Shown here: positions 13,440 to 26,400 of the stretch, piece by piece
Position numbering within the stretch: the stretch's first letter is position 1
How the letters are laid out: each line of letters opens with the position of its first letter
NCBI RefSeq assembly: GCF_006345805.1
Contig: NC_043000.1
Location: 69,130,001-69,194,000 of the forward strand
Length of the DNA: 64,000 nt
Reading direction: 5' to 3'
DNA from: Octopus sinensis
Taxonomy: Eukaryota
The notes under the pieces: model-generated
Databases searched by the model: none
What the model saw: the letters and a program-made list of their open reading frames with translations, nothing else
Told to the model about the DNA's origin: nothing
Position numbers and translations under genes: made by a program

Positions 13440-15330
13440 ACATGGCAACAAGTAATCAATCATCTAATGTACATATTTTTGCAGACAATACAAAAAATAT
13501 TTATGAAACAAGCATTTTCACTCACACAAGATTCTTCACAAACACGATCTCCAAGATATACAAGGAAACTAACACCTCCACATACACTTACATAAATGCA
13601 GAATCGAAGGAGTTAGCCGTCCTTCTTAATGTATAGGATCCTGTGGACTGTCTCTTAACACGACCCCCAACATATTACATTTAAGGAGCATCAACCCACT
13701 TTCCTCTCCAACTGCAAATGTAGGTTGATCAACCCTCTTAAAGCGAGATAGACATTTTATGTAAGCGCATTCTTAATACCATCAACTCAAATATTAAAAG
13801 GGCTACAGGATTGATTCAATAGGATTCCAGCACAGCTGTGATCGGCTGGTTCTGCGGTATCAAGAATAAATCAACCGGCAGATTCACACAGTTTGACATT
13901 GTGAACTCCTCCCCTTCTACATCGAAACCTCTTCTCCGGAGGCTCTGGATTTCGCTAGGCAATCCATTAGTACATGCAACTTCGATGTCAGAATCTTCAT
14001 GAACGACAGAAAATCAATCCTGGCTCATGACAATTTCTTCTGGGAGAAGAAAGAACGCGATCCACTGTTTGACGTTTCTTCGGGAGCTCCGACAGGGCTG
14101 AGATCGTCAACCTTGTCGAGTTATTTATTTTTGATATCCTCAAGAAACGTGCATGCCCTTTACATGGACGACGGCCTGGCACTCTCAAGCCATATGAACG
14201 GTTGCATCAGTGACAAGTTTACGAAGGACGTGATAAAAATATTCATAATATTCAGTCTGTACATGACAGTTACTACCAACTTGACCACGACAGACTTCCT
14301 AGACGTGAACATAGATCTGAAAACGCGCAAGTATTACCTTTACAAAAAGCTTAATAAGGAAACGGTGTACATCAACAGAAGCTCGAATCACCTTTCTCGC
14401 TGTAATTAGAAATTTTTGTTTAGACATTTGCAGAAAAATATCTATACTTTCAGCCGATAGGAAGATCTTCCACAAGACCGTCCCTATCCCCATTGCAATG
14501 ACGCATTGGCGAGGAGTCGATTTTCTAAAAAGTTAGAATATATGAAGGACCACAAACCTCCACCTCGAACCCGAAGAGGAGCAGATAGAGAAAGATATTC
14601 GGGTTCAACTTTCCATTTAACCTAGAATTTTTCACCAACGTGGCGAGGAGCTTCCTGCCGTTGATTAAGAAGCATTTCCCAAGGGGCCATAAGTACTATA
14701 AGCTTTTCAACCCAAGGTGAAAACATCAAGGCGAGCTACTCCTGCTTAGGCAACATTGTTTCTAACATTGCAGGTTACAACAGACGCAAACATGCACCCG
14801 CACAATCTCCAATCCCAAGCTGTAAAAACCGAAATTCCACCAGCTGCCCTCTTGGGCGATCTTGTCTCTCAAGTACCGTAGTCTATAGAGCTACCCTTAC
14901 ACAATCCAATGATATCACAAGGTACCACATAGGAATGATGACCTGTGACTTCAAGGAAAGGAACATACAGCATATGCATTCGCTTAGATGTAGGGATAGA
15001 GAGAATTCCACATTTTCATCTCATTTCCTCTGGAGACTTCGTGACCTTCGGAATGAAATTCCCAACATCGAATGGACCCTTTTCGACAGGGCCCCATCTT
15101 ATCCACCCAGCACCTGCAATTATCTGCTCTGTGTACGCGAAAGACTGCATATCCGCCACCAATTTACAGTATCTCTCGACAGGATATACAAACATTCTTA
15201 TTGCTGCCATCAGAGATAAGCCCTCTTGGTGAACTTCAAACTATAGGCTGCTGACAACCCATAAATACTACCTTAACATTGACAGCATCTCAACATTAGC
15301 TGCCTCACAACTAAGGACAGGGTTCTTAAC
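13440..15330 (+). mobile_element. Penelope-like element: degenerate RT + GIY-YIG endonuclease
   Basis: ADNTKNIY, PLFDVS.GA, LYMDDGLA, DFLDVNIDLKT..Y..Y.K.N..T.YIN.SSNH (RT). CPLG..CL..TVVYRATL...YHIG..FKER..QH...NST.SS..W and C.LC.RE (GIY-YIG region). Confidence 0.88.
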
Positions 15331-16099
15331 CACCGATGCCTACACAGACAACAGGCTGACCTTCCAAACTTATGCATCCCCTGAAACACCCCATGTCCGT
15401 CTCCTTACACGTGGGCAAGCACACGTACATACACATATAGATATATGTATGCATACTTTTCCTTATCTTCTTCTCACCCTAATACAACCAAAATCCCCCA
15501 CTCCCACCATACTGCCGAACCTCAATCCAACGCCAAATACCCCACTCCCTCCTGCAGCAACGTTGTTGTAACAACATTAACAATCATCTTTCATGATCGC
15601 ACGCACAAATCTTAAGAGCATATATATATGTACACATATACGGACACAGCTGATGAAAACACACACACACACACGCATACATATACTTCCAGACAAATAC
15701 ACACACATTCATAAATATAGGAACGTACATACTAACGTTCACCATTCATCCATACGAACACACCCCCATACTTGCATCCTAATCACGAACGCGAACGTAC
15801 ACGTATACAGCAGGCACTGACGTACACACACACACATGCACGCATACAACTGATATACGCGCAGCTGATATACACAACCACACACCCACAAATTCGCACC
15901 CGCAAGTACTCACACATGCCTGATACGCCTCCACACCCATACGTAGGCAGACCGTAGCAAACACGTACATATGCACCAACGAGCTGATGTCATCAGCTCA
16001 CCCCCACACGCCAGATTACACACATGAGCACCTACCTCTACGCATAGTAGATACACATGCATAGGCACCAGACATCTCGATCTACGCGCTCATGCATCT

Positions 16100-16142
<43 letters not shown>

Positions 16143-16384
16143 ACACACACATACACGTACATACACACGCGCACTCTCGCCCGCGAATCCCTTCAAAGAC
16201 CGGTTGGACAGCAAGGCACCACAAGCTTCCTGTGTAACCATGTGGTTCAAGAAATTCTGGAATGTCGATCTCACTTCTAACAACGCTATGTGACCCGCGT
16301 AGACTAATGGGAGCCCGATTTCCGATAGCCATCTTGGACTTCTTGCATCTCTACATTCGGTTAACCGAGCCATTAAAAGTGACT

Positions 16385-16902
16385 CCATGGCTTCTGATCT
16401 TAACTGAGTGGAAGTGTTATCATGTACATTGTTTTGTCTTGGTATAAAAGATGGGTTACAGCAAATATTCTGCTCAATATCAAGGTCAGTTGCTTGACCT
16501 TAACCAGTTGAGCATGTTCCTTAGTGGCTGACGATATGTGCATCTCTGATCACGAGCTGAAGCAGTGAGGGGGCATCATAGTCATGTGTTGAGAGGAATT
16601 CGTTGGGGTTTGAATAATTCACATCTGGAAACATGGTTGTTTCAGTCAACATCCTTAAACACCCCTTATTCAGGGACCTTTTGAGCGGGATGAGTTACTC
16701 GACCTAAAGAAAATTCTAACTGGGTCCTACCTGCAAGGTCATGCGCTGTTTATCTTGGGATGAGATCATCACGTCGCGCACATATGGTTGTGATGTATGT
16801 GCTTAGTGTACCATTATCTAACAGGTAATCATGGTGGGTATTACTGGGCTTCCTATATTTTACCCCAGTGTCACTTTGATGGCATACACTACTCTCTCAC
16901 TC
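16385..16902 (+). mobile_element. Non-coding element D, copy 1 (longest), ending CTCACTC(AAT)n
   Basis: Highly similar to 60280-60753, 19575-19872 and 30718-30994. No meaningful ORF. Confidence 0.85.
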
Positions 16903-16912
16903 AATAATAATA

Positions 16913-16969
<57 letters not shown>

Positions 16970-16972
<3 letters not shown>

Positions 16973-19514
16973 GCCCAAAATGGACCACCGACCATACCTC
17001 CCAAGAATAAAGATAAACGCAATAACAACACCAATTATAAACAACATAAACCTAGCCGTCACTGAACTAGCCACTGAAACAAAAAAAAGTGATATCACTG
17101 AACTAAATGACTTGATATACGCAGCAGCCACTGCAGCCACAAAAGAAGCTGGATACTCACCCAAACCCGCCCAAACAGGAGTACCACCACCCAAACAAAC
17201 CCTGTGGATAAATAACATCCAAAACAAAATTAAAAAAATTAGAAAAGACCTGTCGATTCTTAATGAAATCAGCAAACAAGCAACGCTACTGAGCAACAAA
17301 AAGAGAACAAAAATGCTCCGCAAATATAACATCACAGAAAAAGATTTGCCGGAGATAAAAGAAAAGCTGAAGCAAGATATCCTTGCCAAAGCTCAAAGGA
17401 TCCGCCGGTACGAGAAACGCCAACGCTTCTTTGAACAGAACAAAAGTTCAACTCCGACCCCAAAAAGTTCTACCAAGAACTGGGCAAAAATAAAATAGAA
17501 GTCACTGCAGCACCAACGGCAGAAGTATTGGAAGAATTCTGGAAAGAAATATGGTCGGCGAAAGAACAGCCAAAAAAAAGGAGTATGAAAATAACAAACT
17601 CGGCATCTGAACAACTTTGGACCCCCATAACAACTGAAGAGGTCACCCAGGCACTGCAAAAACTAAGCAACTGGAAGGCACCTGGGCATGACAAGATCCC
17701 CAACTTCTGGTTGAAATATCTAACAGGAATGCACAAAAAGCTGGCTGAAAACTTTAACAGCATACTAGCAGAGACAGAGACAATGCCTGAATGGCTCACG
17801 AAGGGGAAAACCATCTTAATTCCCAAATCAAATGAAACAACAAAACCAGAAAACTACAGACCAATAACCTGCCTCCCTACTATGTTCAAGGCATTTACTG
17901 CAGTGATATCGCAAAGGCTGAACAAGCACCTGGACGAAAACAAACTGTTCCCAGAAGAGCAGAAAGGATGCCGCAAGGGCTCATATGGCTGTAAAGATCA
18001 ACTAATGATTAATAAAGCCGTAACTGAAGACAGCCACAGAAAGAAGAAAGGCCTCAGTATGGCCTGGATTGACTACAAAAAGGCGTTTGATAGCATCCCC
18101 CACACATGGATCCTCAAAACACTAGCCATTAACAAAGTAGCACCAACAATCATAAAATTCATAGAGCACTCTATGAATAAATGGCAAACAGTCCTACACC
18201 TCCAAACAAAAGAGGGACTCATGAAAACCAAAGACATCCCCATTAGAAGAGGAATATTCCAGGGAGACACGCTCTCTCCACTCCTTTTCTGCTTGGCACT
18301 GTCACCTCTATCTGATATGCTAAATAGAACTGGATGCGGATATAAATGTTACGGCAAAACGATCAGCCACCTTTTATATATGGATGACCTAAAACTATAC
18401 GCTGCAAATGACAAACAGCTGGAAACACTATTAAAGACAGTTCATGGATTTACCAAAGAAATAGATATGAAATTTGGATTAGAAAAATGCGCCAAAGTAA
18501 CCATGAAAAGAGGAAAACTAGTTAAGAGTAACAACATCACACTAGATAAAACCAATGAAATAAAAGAATTAGACCAAAGCCAAACTTACAAATACTTAGG
18601 AATCCATGAACTAGATAAGACACAACACACACAAATGAAAGAGAAAATAAAAAAGAGTTAGATCAATACTAAAAACAGAGCTCAATGCTAAAAACAAGAT
18701 AATAGGTATCAACACTTTAGCTGTCCCAGTTATAAGTTACAGCTACAATATCCTTAACTGGACACGAAATGAACTGTACAAAATAGATAGGAAAACAAGA
18801 AAAATACTGACAGGATCTAGGATGCATCACCCAAAATCTGACATAGAAAGACTATATATACAACGTATAGAAGGTGGTAGAGGCCTTATACAGCTGGAAA
18901 ACTACTATAAAATAACCACCATAAGACTGCAAAAGTACCTACTTCAGAAGGAAGGAAAACTGATCCAGATAGCAGCAAAACACGAGCAAAACAAAAAACT
19001 GTTCTCAGTATTTAAGGAAGCTGACAAATACAAACAAGAAATCATACCACCTAATAAACACAAAGAAGAAGAAGAAGATGAAGAAGAAACAACAAAAGCT
19101 ATAAAACAAATGAAATCCAAACTAAAAATAGAACAGCAACGAGCCATGATAAAACGATGGCAAGAAAAGCCCCTTCATGGTAAATACTGCACTAAACTAA
19201 ACGCAAAAGAAATAGGCAAAGAAAAATCCCAGCAATGGTTGAGAAGCTCAGGACTCAAAGCAGAAACAGAGGGATTTTTAATTGCAGCACAAGACCAAAG
19301 TCTCCCCACCAGAAATTACCAAAAACATGTAATGAAAAGAAATATTATAAGTAACTGCAGAATATGTGGAGATGGACAAGAAACAATAAATCATATTATC
19401 TCTAGCTGCCCAGTCCTGGCTAAGAAGGAATATATTCACAGACATGACAGAGTTGGAACCTACATACATTGGAAGCTATGCCAACATTATGGAATAACAA
19501 CAGAAAAAAGATGG
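16970..19514 (+). mobile_element. R4/Dong-like RLE LINE copy A, frameshifted, 3' end replaced by element D
   Basis: ENYRPITCLPT, EQKGCRKGSYGCKDQL, WIDYKKAFDS, GIFQGDTLSPLLF, HLLYMDDLKLY, CRICG..ETINHIISSC. Starts directly after (AAT)n. Confidence 0.93.
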
Positions 19515-19574
19515 GGTTTGAATAATTCACATTGGAAGCTATGCCAACATTATGGAATAACAACAGAAAAAAGA

Positions 19575-19872
19575 TGGGGTTTGAATAATTCACATCTGGA
19601 AACATGGTTGTTTCAGTCAACATCCTTAAACACCCCTTATTCAGGGACCTTTTGAGCGGGATGAGTTACTCAACCTAAAGAAAATTCTAACTGGGCTCCA
19701 CCTGCAAGGTCATGTGCTGTTTATCTTGATATGAGATCACCATGTCGCGCACATATGGTTGTGATGCATGTGCCTGGTGTACCCTTATCAGACGGGTAGT
19801 CATGATGGTTATACTGGGCTTCGTATATTTTACCCCAGTGTCACTTTGATGGCATGCTCTGCTCGCTCACTC
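19575..19872 (+). mobile_element. Element D copy 2 (5'-truncated, fused to Dong copy A)
   Basis: GGGGTTTGAATAATTCACATCTGGAAAC...CTCACTC(AAT)n. Confidence 0.9.
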
Positions 19873-19904
<32 letters not shown>

Positions 19905-20029
19905 TAATGATGATGATGAGGATTTCTTTTATTTGCCATCAAGGCGAAGGATGAGGGGAGCAATATAAAAAGAGACAATGTCACTTTCATCATCCATAAA
20001 CATAATCCAGAACTATGATTATTATATTC

Positions 20030-20252
20030 TTTTGTAGTTCTATATTTAAGAGATGAGGAATTGTGTACATTATTTACATTATTCACATTCGACGGATATT
20101 TGTCCTCATCTTGTTTGTTGTTAACACAACGTTCGGCTGATATACCCTCCAGCCTTCTTCAGGTGTCTTGGGGAAATTTCGAACCTGGGCTCTCATTGCT
20201 AATGTATTTTTCGATGTTGTTGTTGTTCAGGTCACTGATTGGAATCGAACTA
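20030..20252 (-). mobile_element. SINE-like remnant: tRNA B-box, short (AAC)n, hammerhead-containing tail
   Basis: Minus strand GTTCGATTCC at 20250-20241. The 5' part of the head is replaced by Tx1 copy 3. Confidence 0.55.
20123..20167 (-). ncRNA. Degenerate minimal type I hammerhead ribozyme
   Basis: GACAC-CUGAAGA-A-GGCUG(10 nt loop)CAGCC-GAA-C-GUU-GUGUU. Stems I and II pair; the core lacks one A of GAAA. Confidence 0.55.
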
Positions 20253-22870
20253 GACGTCTGAAGAAATCTAGCCTTCCAGATCCTGTTAGAGGATAAACCA
20301 CCATTAGTCTATAGGCGCCACCTTCGCCGCCGTTCACGTCCAGAACCACCACCCTACCATCTGGGTCCAGGAAGATAGCCCGTACTTGGATTTCCGGAGT
20401 AGCACTGCTAAACCGCCACTCACTCTCGATATACCATAAGATGAGAATATCTCATAGTCCTCGATAATGGATGCTAGAGTGTGCTTTCTGGGGATCCTTG
20501 TTTCCCTAATGATAGCCGCATCCAAATCAAGTGATCTAAGATTATTGAGCAAGTGACCTTGCTTCCAAGCTGATTCCAGGCCACGCGCATTCACACACCC
20601 TATTCTCAGCACAGCCATGCTAATCAGAGAAAGAAAATGAGGAGGTTACTCACCTTGGGTTTCGAGAAGCCCGGAAGTTCCGGGTTTCTCTACTGACGAA
20701 AATTTTTTAAAAGGCCCTTCCAACAACCGTTTATCAACAATTTTTTTTTTAATCCCCACACTTCCTGGGAATTTTTCTATCATAGTTTTATAAACGCCTG
20801 ACGAAGTTTTAATGAAGAGCTTGTCTTCGGGTGTTTTGAGGATGAAATCCTCAAATTCCTTTCCCTCTGTCTCTATACTATTTTTATTTTGATTTATAAA
20901 ATCCATCAATTCGCTGTGGAATTGATGGATACATTTCATCTGCAGTCTGATGAATATATCTGAAGTTCTGTTCGGTTTCTTTATTTTCATGCTGTTGTTG
21001 ATGATGCTGTTTTTGAAGTTGTTGATCTTGTTCTTGCTGTTTTTGTTGGAGTGATTGTGAATTGTGTTGCAGTTGTGGTTTCAGAATAAGTTTTTGCTGG
21101 TTTCTTGGAATAGGGCTACGTACTCTCCTCCTCTTTCACCTACCCACTTTTGTCACTGTGATCCATTGATCGTTCAGTTCTTCCTTCTCCATGTAACTGC
21201 AGTTGATGTTGGTTTGAAAGGAAGAGCATTCAGGAGAAACTTGCTTTTCCGTAGCAACCGGGGGTAGACTCCTCCTTTGTCTTGGTTTGGGAGTGGGTGT
21301 GAGCCTGGTTGTAGGAGTCTGGAGCACTCGTGGTATTTGTATTCTGCACTTGTGGTATTTGTAATGTTGGCAGTGGTGAGACTTTATTTTCCACGGTTTC
21401 AAGGCAGGAAACCTTTAAGTGTTATACAGATTCACATTTGTGACATCTTGGCTTTCTACCCTCCACGAACACTGACAGGTGAGTACTATCCAGGAGATCG
21501 ATTAGATCGGGCAGCTGGTCGATATAGCCCTGTTTGCATTGCAAGGTTAGTTCCATACCTATACCTGACCAGTTATACTCAGTTTCTTGACCTCCAGTAT
21601 TGTGACTTCGTCTTCTTCTAAACCTGCCAAGACAGCCGCCTCTAACCAGGTAATGGATATTTCTGGCGGCACATTCAGCACCCTAATATTGGCAAGACGT
21701 TGGCCGCGATAGCTGGGGATTAAGAAAAGTTGTCATTCCTCAAAGTGGTTGCAGAATTACATTTAGCTTCTTCCGTCCCAAATCTCACTACAATGATGCC
21801 AAGCTTCTTTCCCCGAGTAATGCGGATCTTTTGTTCCCACACGCACCCAACGCATTTTTGTACTTTGCTCTCGGAAGCATTTTACCCGTCCTGGTTTAGG
21901 ACGAATTTTGCTGTAATTTAGCCCCAAGTTTTGACGTTGCTTAGAGACGAAACTTTTTTTGCCTCGGTGACGTCAATAAGTTTAGGCCATTCCAAATTGA
22001 TATTGTTAATTCTTTCCTTGTTCTCAATTTTTTCCCGACAAGAAGTGCGTTCCTTTGTCAAATATTATGATGGCTTCTTGATCAGTTATCTTTAAAAATT
22101 ACAGAATATTGCAAAATATTTGTTTTTGCCGAAAGCAGTTAAAATTAAAAAATTATTCATGCGCCCCCCCCCCTGCAAAACGGATTGTTTCTACACAAAA
22201 ATACTAGCCTGCGTGGCTCTTTCTATCTTGCGCTCCACCGTGTCTCTTCCTGCACCTCCTCTGATGTGTTCAGGTGGACTCTCATGCAAGTTCTTGTTAC
22301 TTTTTTGCTCTAATCAAGGCAGTTTCTGACAATTGCACCTCAATTGCGGCACATTTCGACAAATCTCTTTAGTGTTTGTTTGAAAGAAGCAAACGATATT
22401 GTTGCTTTGAAACTTTTTTCTTTTTCTTTGTTTCATGGCGGTGACGAAATCTGCTGGTGTTTCACGCGAAAGAATTCTTTTTTCTTTCTCTTCACTTTCC
22501 TTCATATTTTTGTTACTCTTGTCGGTCCTCGTGATGGCAGTGATGGTAGCAGTGTTAGTGACCTCTTCCACTCCCTCCTTCATGCTTCCGTCAGTGTTCA
22601 TGGTGTTGTTGTTGTTGTGGTGGTGGTGCTGCTGCTGTTGCTCATGTTGTTGCTGCTGCTGTCGTCGTCGTCGTCGTCATTATCGTTGTTGTTGTTACTT
22701 TTGCACTTGTTACTGTCATCGTAGCAACAAGAGGAAATTATATTTCTCATTGGCGAGAAATTAATTTCGCCTTCGCTTACGTTTCTATTCGGCGTTTCAA
22801 CTAAGTCAACACAGAACGCTGCTCTTCGTCGATTATTATTACTTTTTCATAATCCGACATTTTAAAAATT
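20253..22870 (-). mobile_element. Tx1-clade LINE copy 3: degenerate ORF1 plus start of ORF2, 3'-truncated
   Basis: ORF1 has ITRGKKLGIIVVRFGTEE, VFVEGRKPRCHKCESV*HLKVSC (CCHC knuckle) and a C-terminal FPGSVG like FPSAVG in copy 1. ORF2 starts MAVLRIGCVNARGLESAWKQGHLLN. Confidence 0.85.
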
Positions 22871-23099
22871 TGGTAAAAATTAACAGAATCTTGTTTTCAC
22901 AAAAATGCAGAAATGCAAGACAATTATTATACCCCCAAAAAGGGAATGCAATTACACAAAGCGTTACCACCACGATCCAGACAATGCAAGAAGAGATAGA
23001 ATTTTGAATGAACAGGCTGCAACCAGCTGAAACTATTGATTAAACACTTAGAAATCACGGAGCTTCAACTTTGTATGACTTCACAGGCTGACATCCATA

Positions 23100-23214
23100 A
23101 TAATAATGATGATGATGATGATGATGATGATGACGACGATGACGACGATGACAACGATGACTATGATGATGACGATGATGACGATGATGGGGATGATGGT
23201 AATGATGATGATAA

Positions 23215-23245
<31 letters not shown>

Positions 23246-23487
23246 GATGATGATGATGGTGATGATGATGATGAAGACGATGATGACGATGATGACGATG
23301 ATGAATATGATGATGATGAGGATGATGATAATAATGATGACGATGATGATGATAATGATGATGACGATGATGGTAATGATGGTGATGATGATGATGACGA
23401 TGATGACGATGATGACGATGATGGCGATGATGGCAATGATGGTGATGATGGTGATGACGGTGACGATGATGATGATGATGATGATGA
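23100..23487. repeat. Degenerate (GAT)n/(ATC)n microsatellite at the 3' end of Tx1 copy 2
   Basis: Seen directly; explains the poly-D, poly-H and poly-M ORFs. Confidence 0.97.
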
Positions 23488-26400
23488 TTAATTCTTTTTA
23501 TTGGCCACAAGGTCCATCCACACTGGCCTTTTTTCCGACATTTCCCACCTTTCAACAAATTTGCTACAAGACAACACTTCCCTCTCCACCCTCATCTTCC
23601 TTTTCAAGTGGAAGTTGAAACAGTTGATGAGGCCTTGGCGAAAGAGGAAAGTGTCTGACTTTAGCCCTTTCAAACGGATCCACCATACCACTTCTTTCGC
23701 TACAGCCACCAGACAAATGAAAATTTTCTTCCCGTCCCGGTTAAAAGAGGTCGGCGGGGCAATCTTCATTATAGATTCAGCTTTTAGCAGCTGTTCGACA
23801 TAAACCCACAGGGCGGTGAGTGCTTGACGGTACTCTAGATGCCAAGCGCCCGTCTCGGTATACGCCTGATCCAAAATTGCAGCTCAGTGAAAGAGACGAG
23901 CTGCGTAAAGGCGAGTCTGACAAACGGCGACCACACCTGCTCACCATCAAGGAAACGCTTGAGATATCATAGCCTGGGCGTATGTCTGCGCATCAGCAAC
24001 CGCGGCATGCCAAGGCCTCCGTTCCGCGGCTGTTGACAGCAGATGGAGCGCATGACAAGTGGTACATGCCCTTTCCACAGAAAGTGGAAGAGTAAGCGCA
24101 CCAGTTTGGTCAACCAGCAATCGGGAAAAAGGACGACGGTCAAGCGGTAATAGATGAAGGATGCGATGTACGCATTCGCCACTTCGGCTCGACCTTTCAG
24201 GGTCAGCTTCCTCTCGACCCTTTCTGGGTGAGATTGGTCACCCTGTTCGTCACCTCGTCCCTGTTTTTCTTCGCCTGGAGGTCCGGACCGAACCAGATTC
24301 CGAACAGTTTAACTGTCCCACGACTCTGTTGGACGGCATTGACTTGCCTCTCCAGGTGTCGAGTTGCAAGCCCACCGACTTTTCCGCGTTAATTTTCGCA
24401 CCTGCCACCGTTTCGTATCTGCTTTATGTCTCGCCAATCAGGTCAATATGCCTGTGGCTCGACACCATCACGGTGACGTCATTGACATAGGCAGACACGC
24501 TCTTCCCTCATCCTAGATCATGCGGGACACCCCAAGACCTCCAACTTTCGCAGTAATGGCTCGAGAGTCAGTACGCAGAGAAGGAAGGAGAGTGGGCATC
24601 CTTGGCGGACCGAACGCAAGATGCTGAACGGCTCCGACAGGTTACCGTTCACCCGTAGAAGACAGGACCGAAACTGGCTGCCTTCAGAACAGCTGCTAAG
24701 TATCGATGGTCGACCCTATCGAAGGCTTTAGACTGATCTAAATTGATCAAAGCCCCACCCGTGTCAGCTTCGTTACCCACCTTTTCTATGATGTAGCGCA
24801 TGAAATGGCGGTTGTCGTGAATAGACCTGGTCGGGGCGGCGCATGCTTGCGCCTTGCCAATCAGCTTGTCCACGACAAGCACCAACCTCTTGGCTAACAC
24901 TTTAGTCAAATTCTTCAAATCTGCATTGAGCAGAGTGATGGGCCTAAAGTTTTCTATGACGTCCCCCTTGATTGGGTCCTTTCTCAGCAGTACCATCACG
25001 CCTCGACAAACAAAAGCAGGAATTCTCCCGTTTTGTTGCCAGTTGCAGTAGATGTCTGCCAAGGGGCCTGCAAACAAGTCTGGCATTGAAATGTAAAGCT
25101 CATAGGGCAGACCATCCAAACCCGGCGATCGTCCTCTCGTGCAGCTTTTCATCGCTTCTTGTACTTCCCAAGCAGTTATCGATCTTTCGCAGCATTCTGC
25201 CCCGTTCGCCGAGAGTCGCGGCTGGCCGTCCAGGTACACACCGAAGTCTGCCTCGTTATCCATATCACCGCTCGTCCCAAACAGTCGAGCAAAGTTCTGC
25301 TGAAAGGCCGCACACATCTGCTTCGATTCGAACACCTCGCGTCCGTTCTGGTCTACCAAAGACAGAATGGTCGCCCTGTTGCCATGTTTGGCTTCTGCCA
25401 CTCGGGCCCATCAAACGGCTGTAGTTCTCTTCCGGCTTACCGAACGTGCCTTAGCTCTGAAAAAACAGCCTTCGTGTTTGGCGTCGAAGTGTTGGTCGAG
25501 GGCCAACCTCGCCGCCAAAACGTTGGTCGCGATGCCTGTCCTAAGAGCCTCGTCTAGCTTTCTAACTAAATCTCCCTCTATTTTCTTCTTTCTACAGCTA
25601 AAGCTTTACTAAACCTAATTGATTCTGCTCTAATCGCCCTCTTAAGAGCAAACCACCAGTTGTTGTTGACGATCGCCCCCGTCAACGCCCGCCCCTGTCA
25701 ACGCCCGCCCCCGTCAACGCCCGCTTAACTAATTCGCTAATCCGGTCTCTGTAAGCTTTGCACGCCAGTATTGACGCGTTTACAGTAACCGGGACCCTGT
25801 CTATGGAGTCTAAGTCAACTGTACAGATCACGAATTTGTGGTCTGTGTAGCCGACTATTTGAAATTGTAGACACCTTATGCTCTCCTTAACCGCTGCCTA
25901 CAGAAAACTCTATTTAGGTACGATCTAGATACCCGATGCGATTTGTCCAAGACCACATTGGAACATTAGGTTTATCTAGTCGATATCTGTCAGACAGTTG
26001 AAAGCGCCTGAGCAGCTTGGTGAAGTTTTTGCACCCCGCTCTCCAGTCAGATGCTCCCACTCTCACCCGATCGAAACGTTCGTCTAAGACAGCGTCCCAA
26101 TCCCCTACTAGCACTAAAGTGCGAGACGTATCAAGGAATACCTCCAGACACTTGAAATAATCCGACTGCCCTGCCCCTGATGGAGCCTAGGCAACCATCA
26201 GTCTGAAGGTACCGCCGTCACTTCTGTTCACATTCAGGACCACTATGTGCGCTGGTGGTGTGTTGTGTGTGACGATGACGAAATCTGCTATTGTGGTGTC
26301 TGTGTGGATCCAGGAAGATTGCCTTTATTTTCAGATCCAGGCCTTTCTGGAATAGCACCGCATTACCACCACTGCCCGCTCCCGGCCAACACAGAGATAG

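Noticed and set aside
15640-16000. Hammerhead near the Penelope element (CTGATGA at ~15650; hairpin GAGCTGATG-T-CATCAGCTC at ~15981)
   Set aside because: No stem II followed by GAAA and no stem I pairing.
23036-23618. Poly-Asp, poly-His, poly-Met and poly-Ser ORFs
   Set aside because: All six frames of one (GAT)n tract; no unique coding context.
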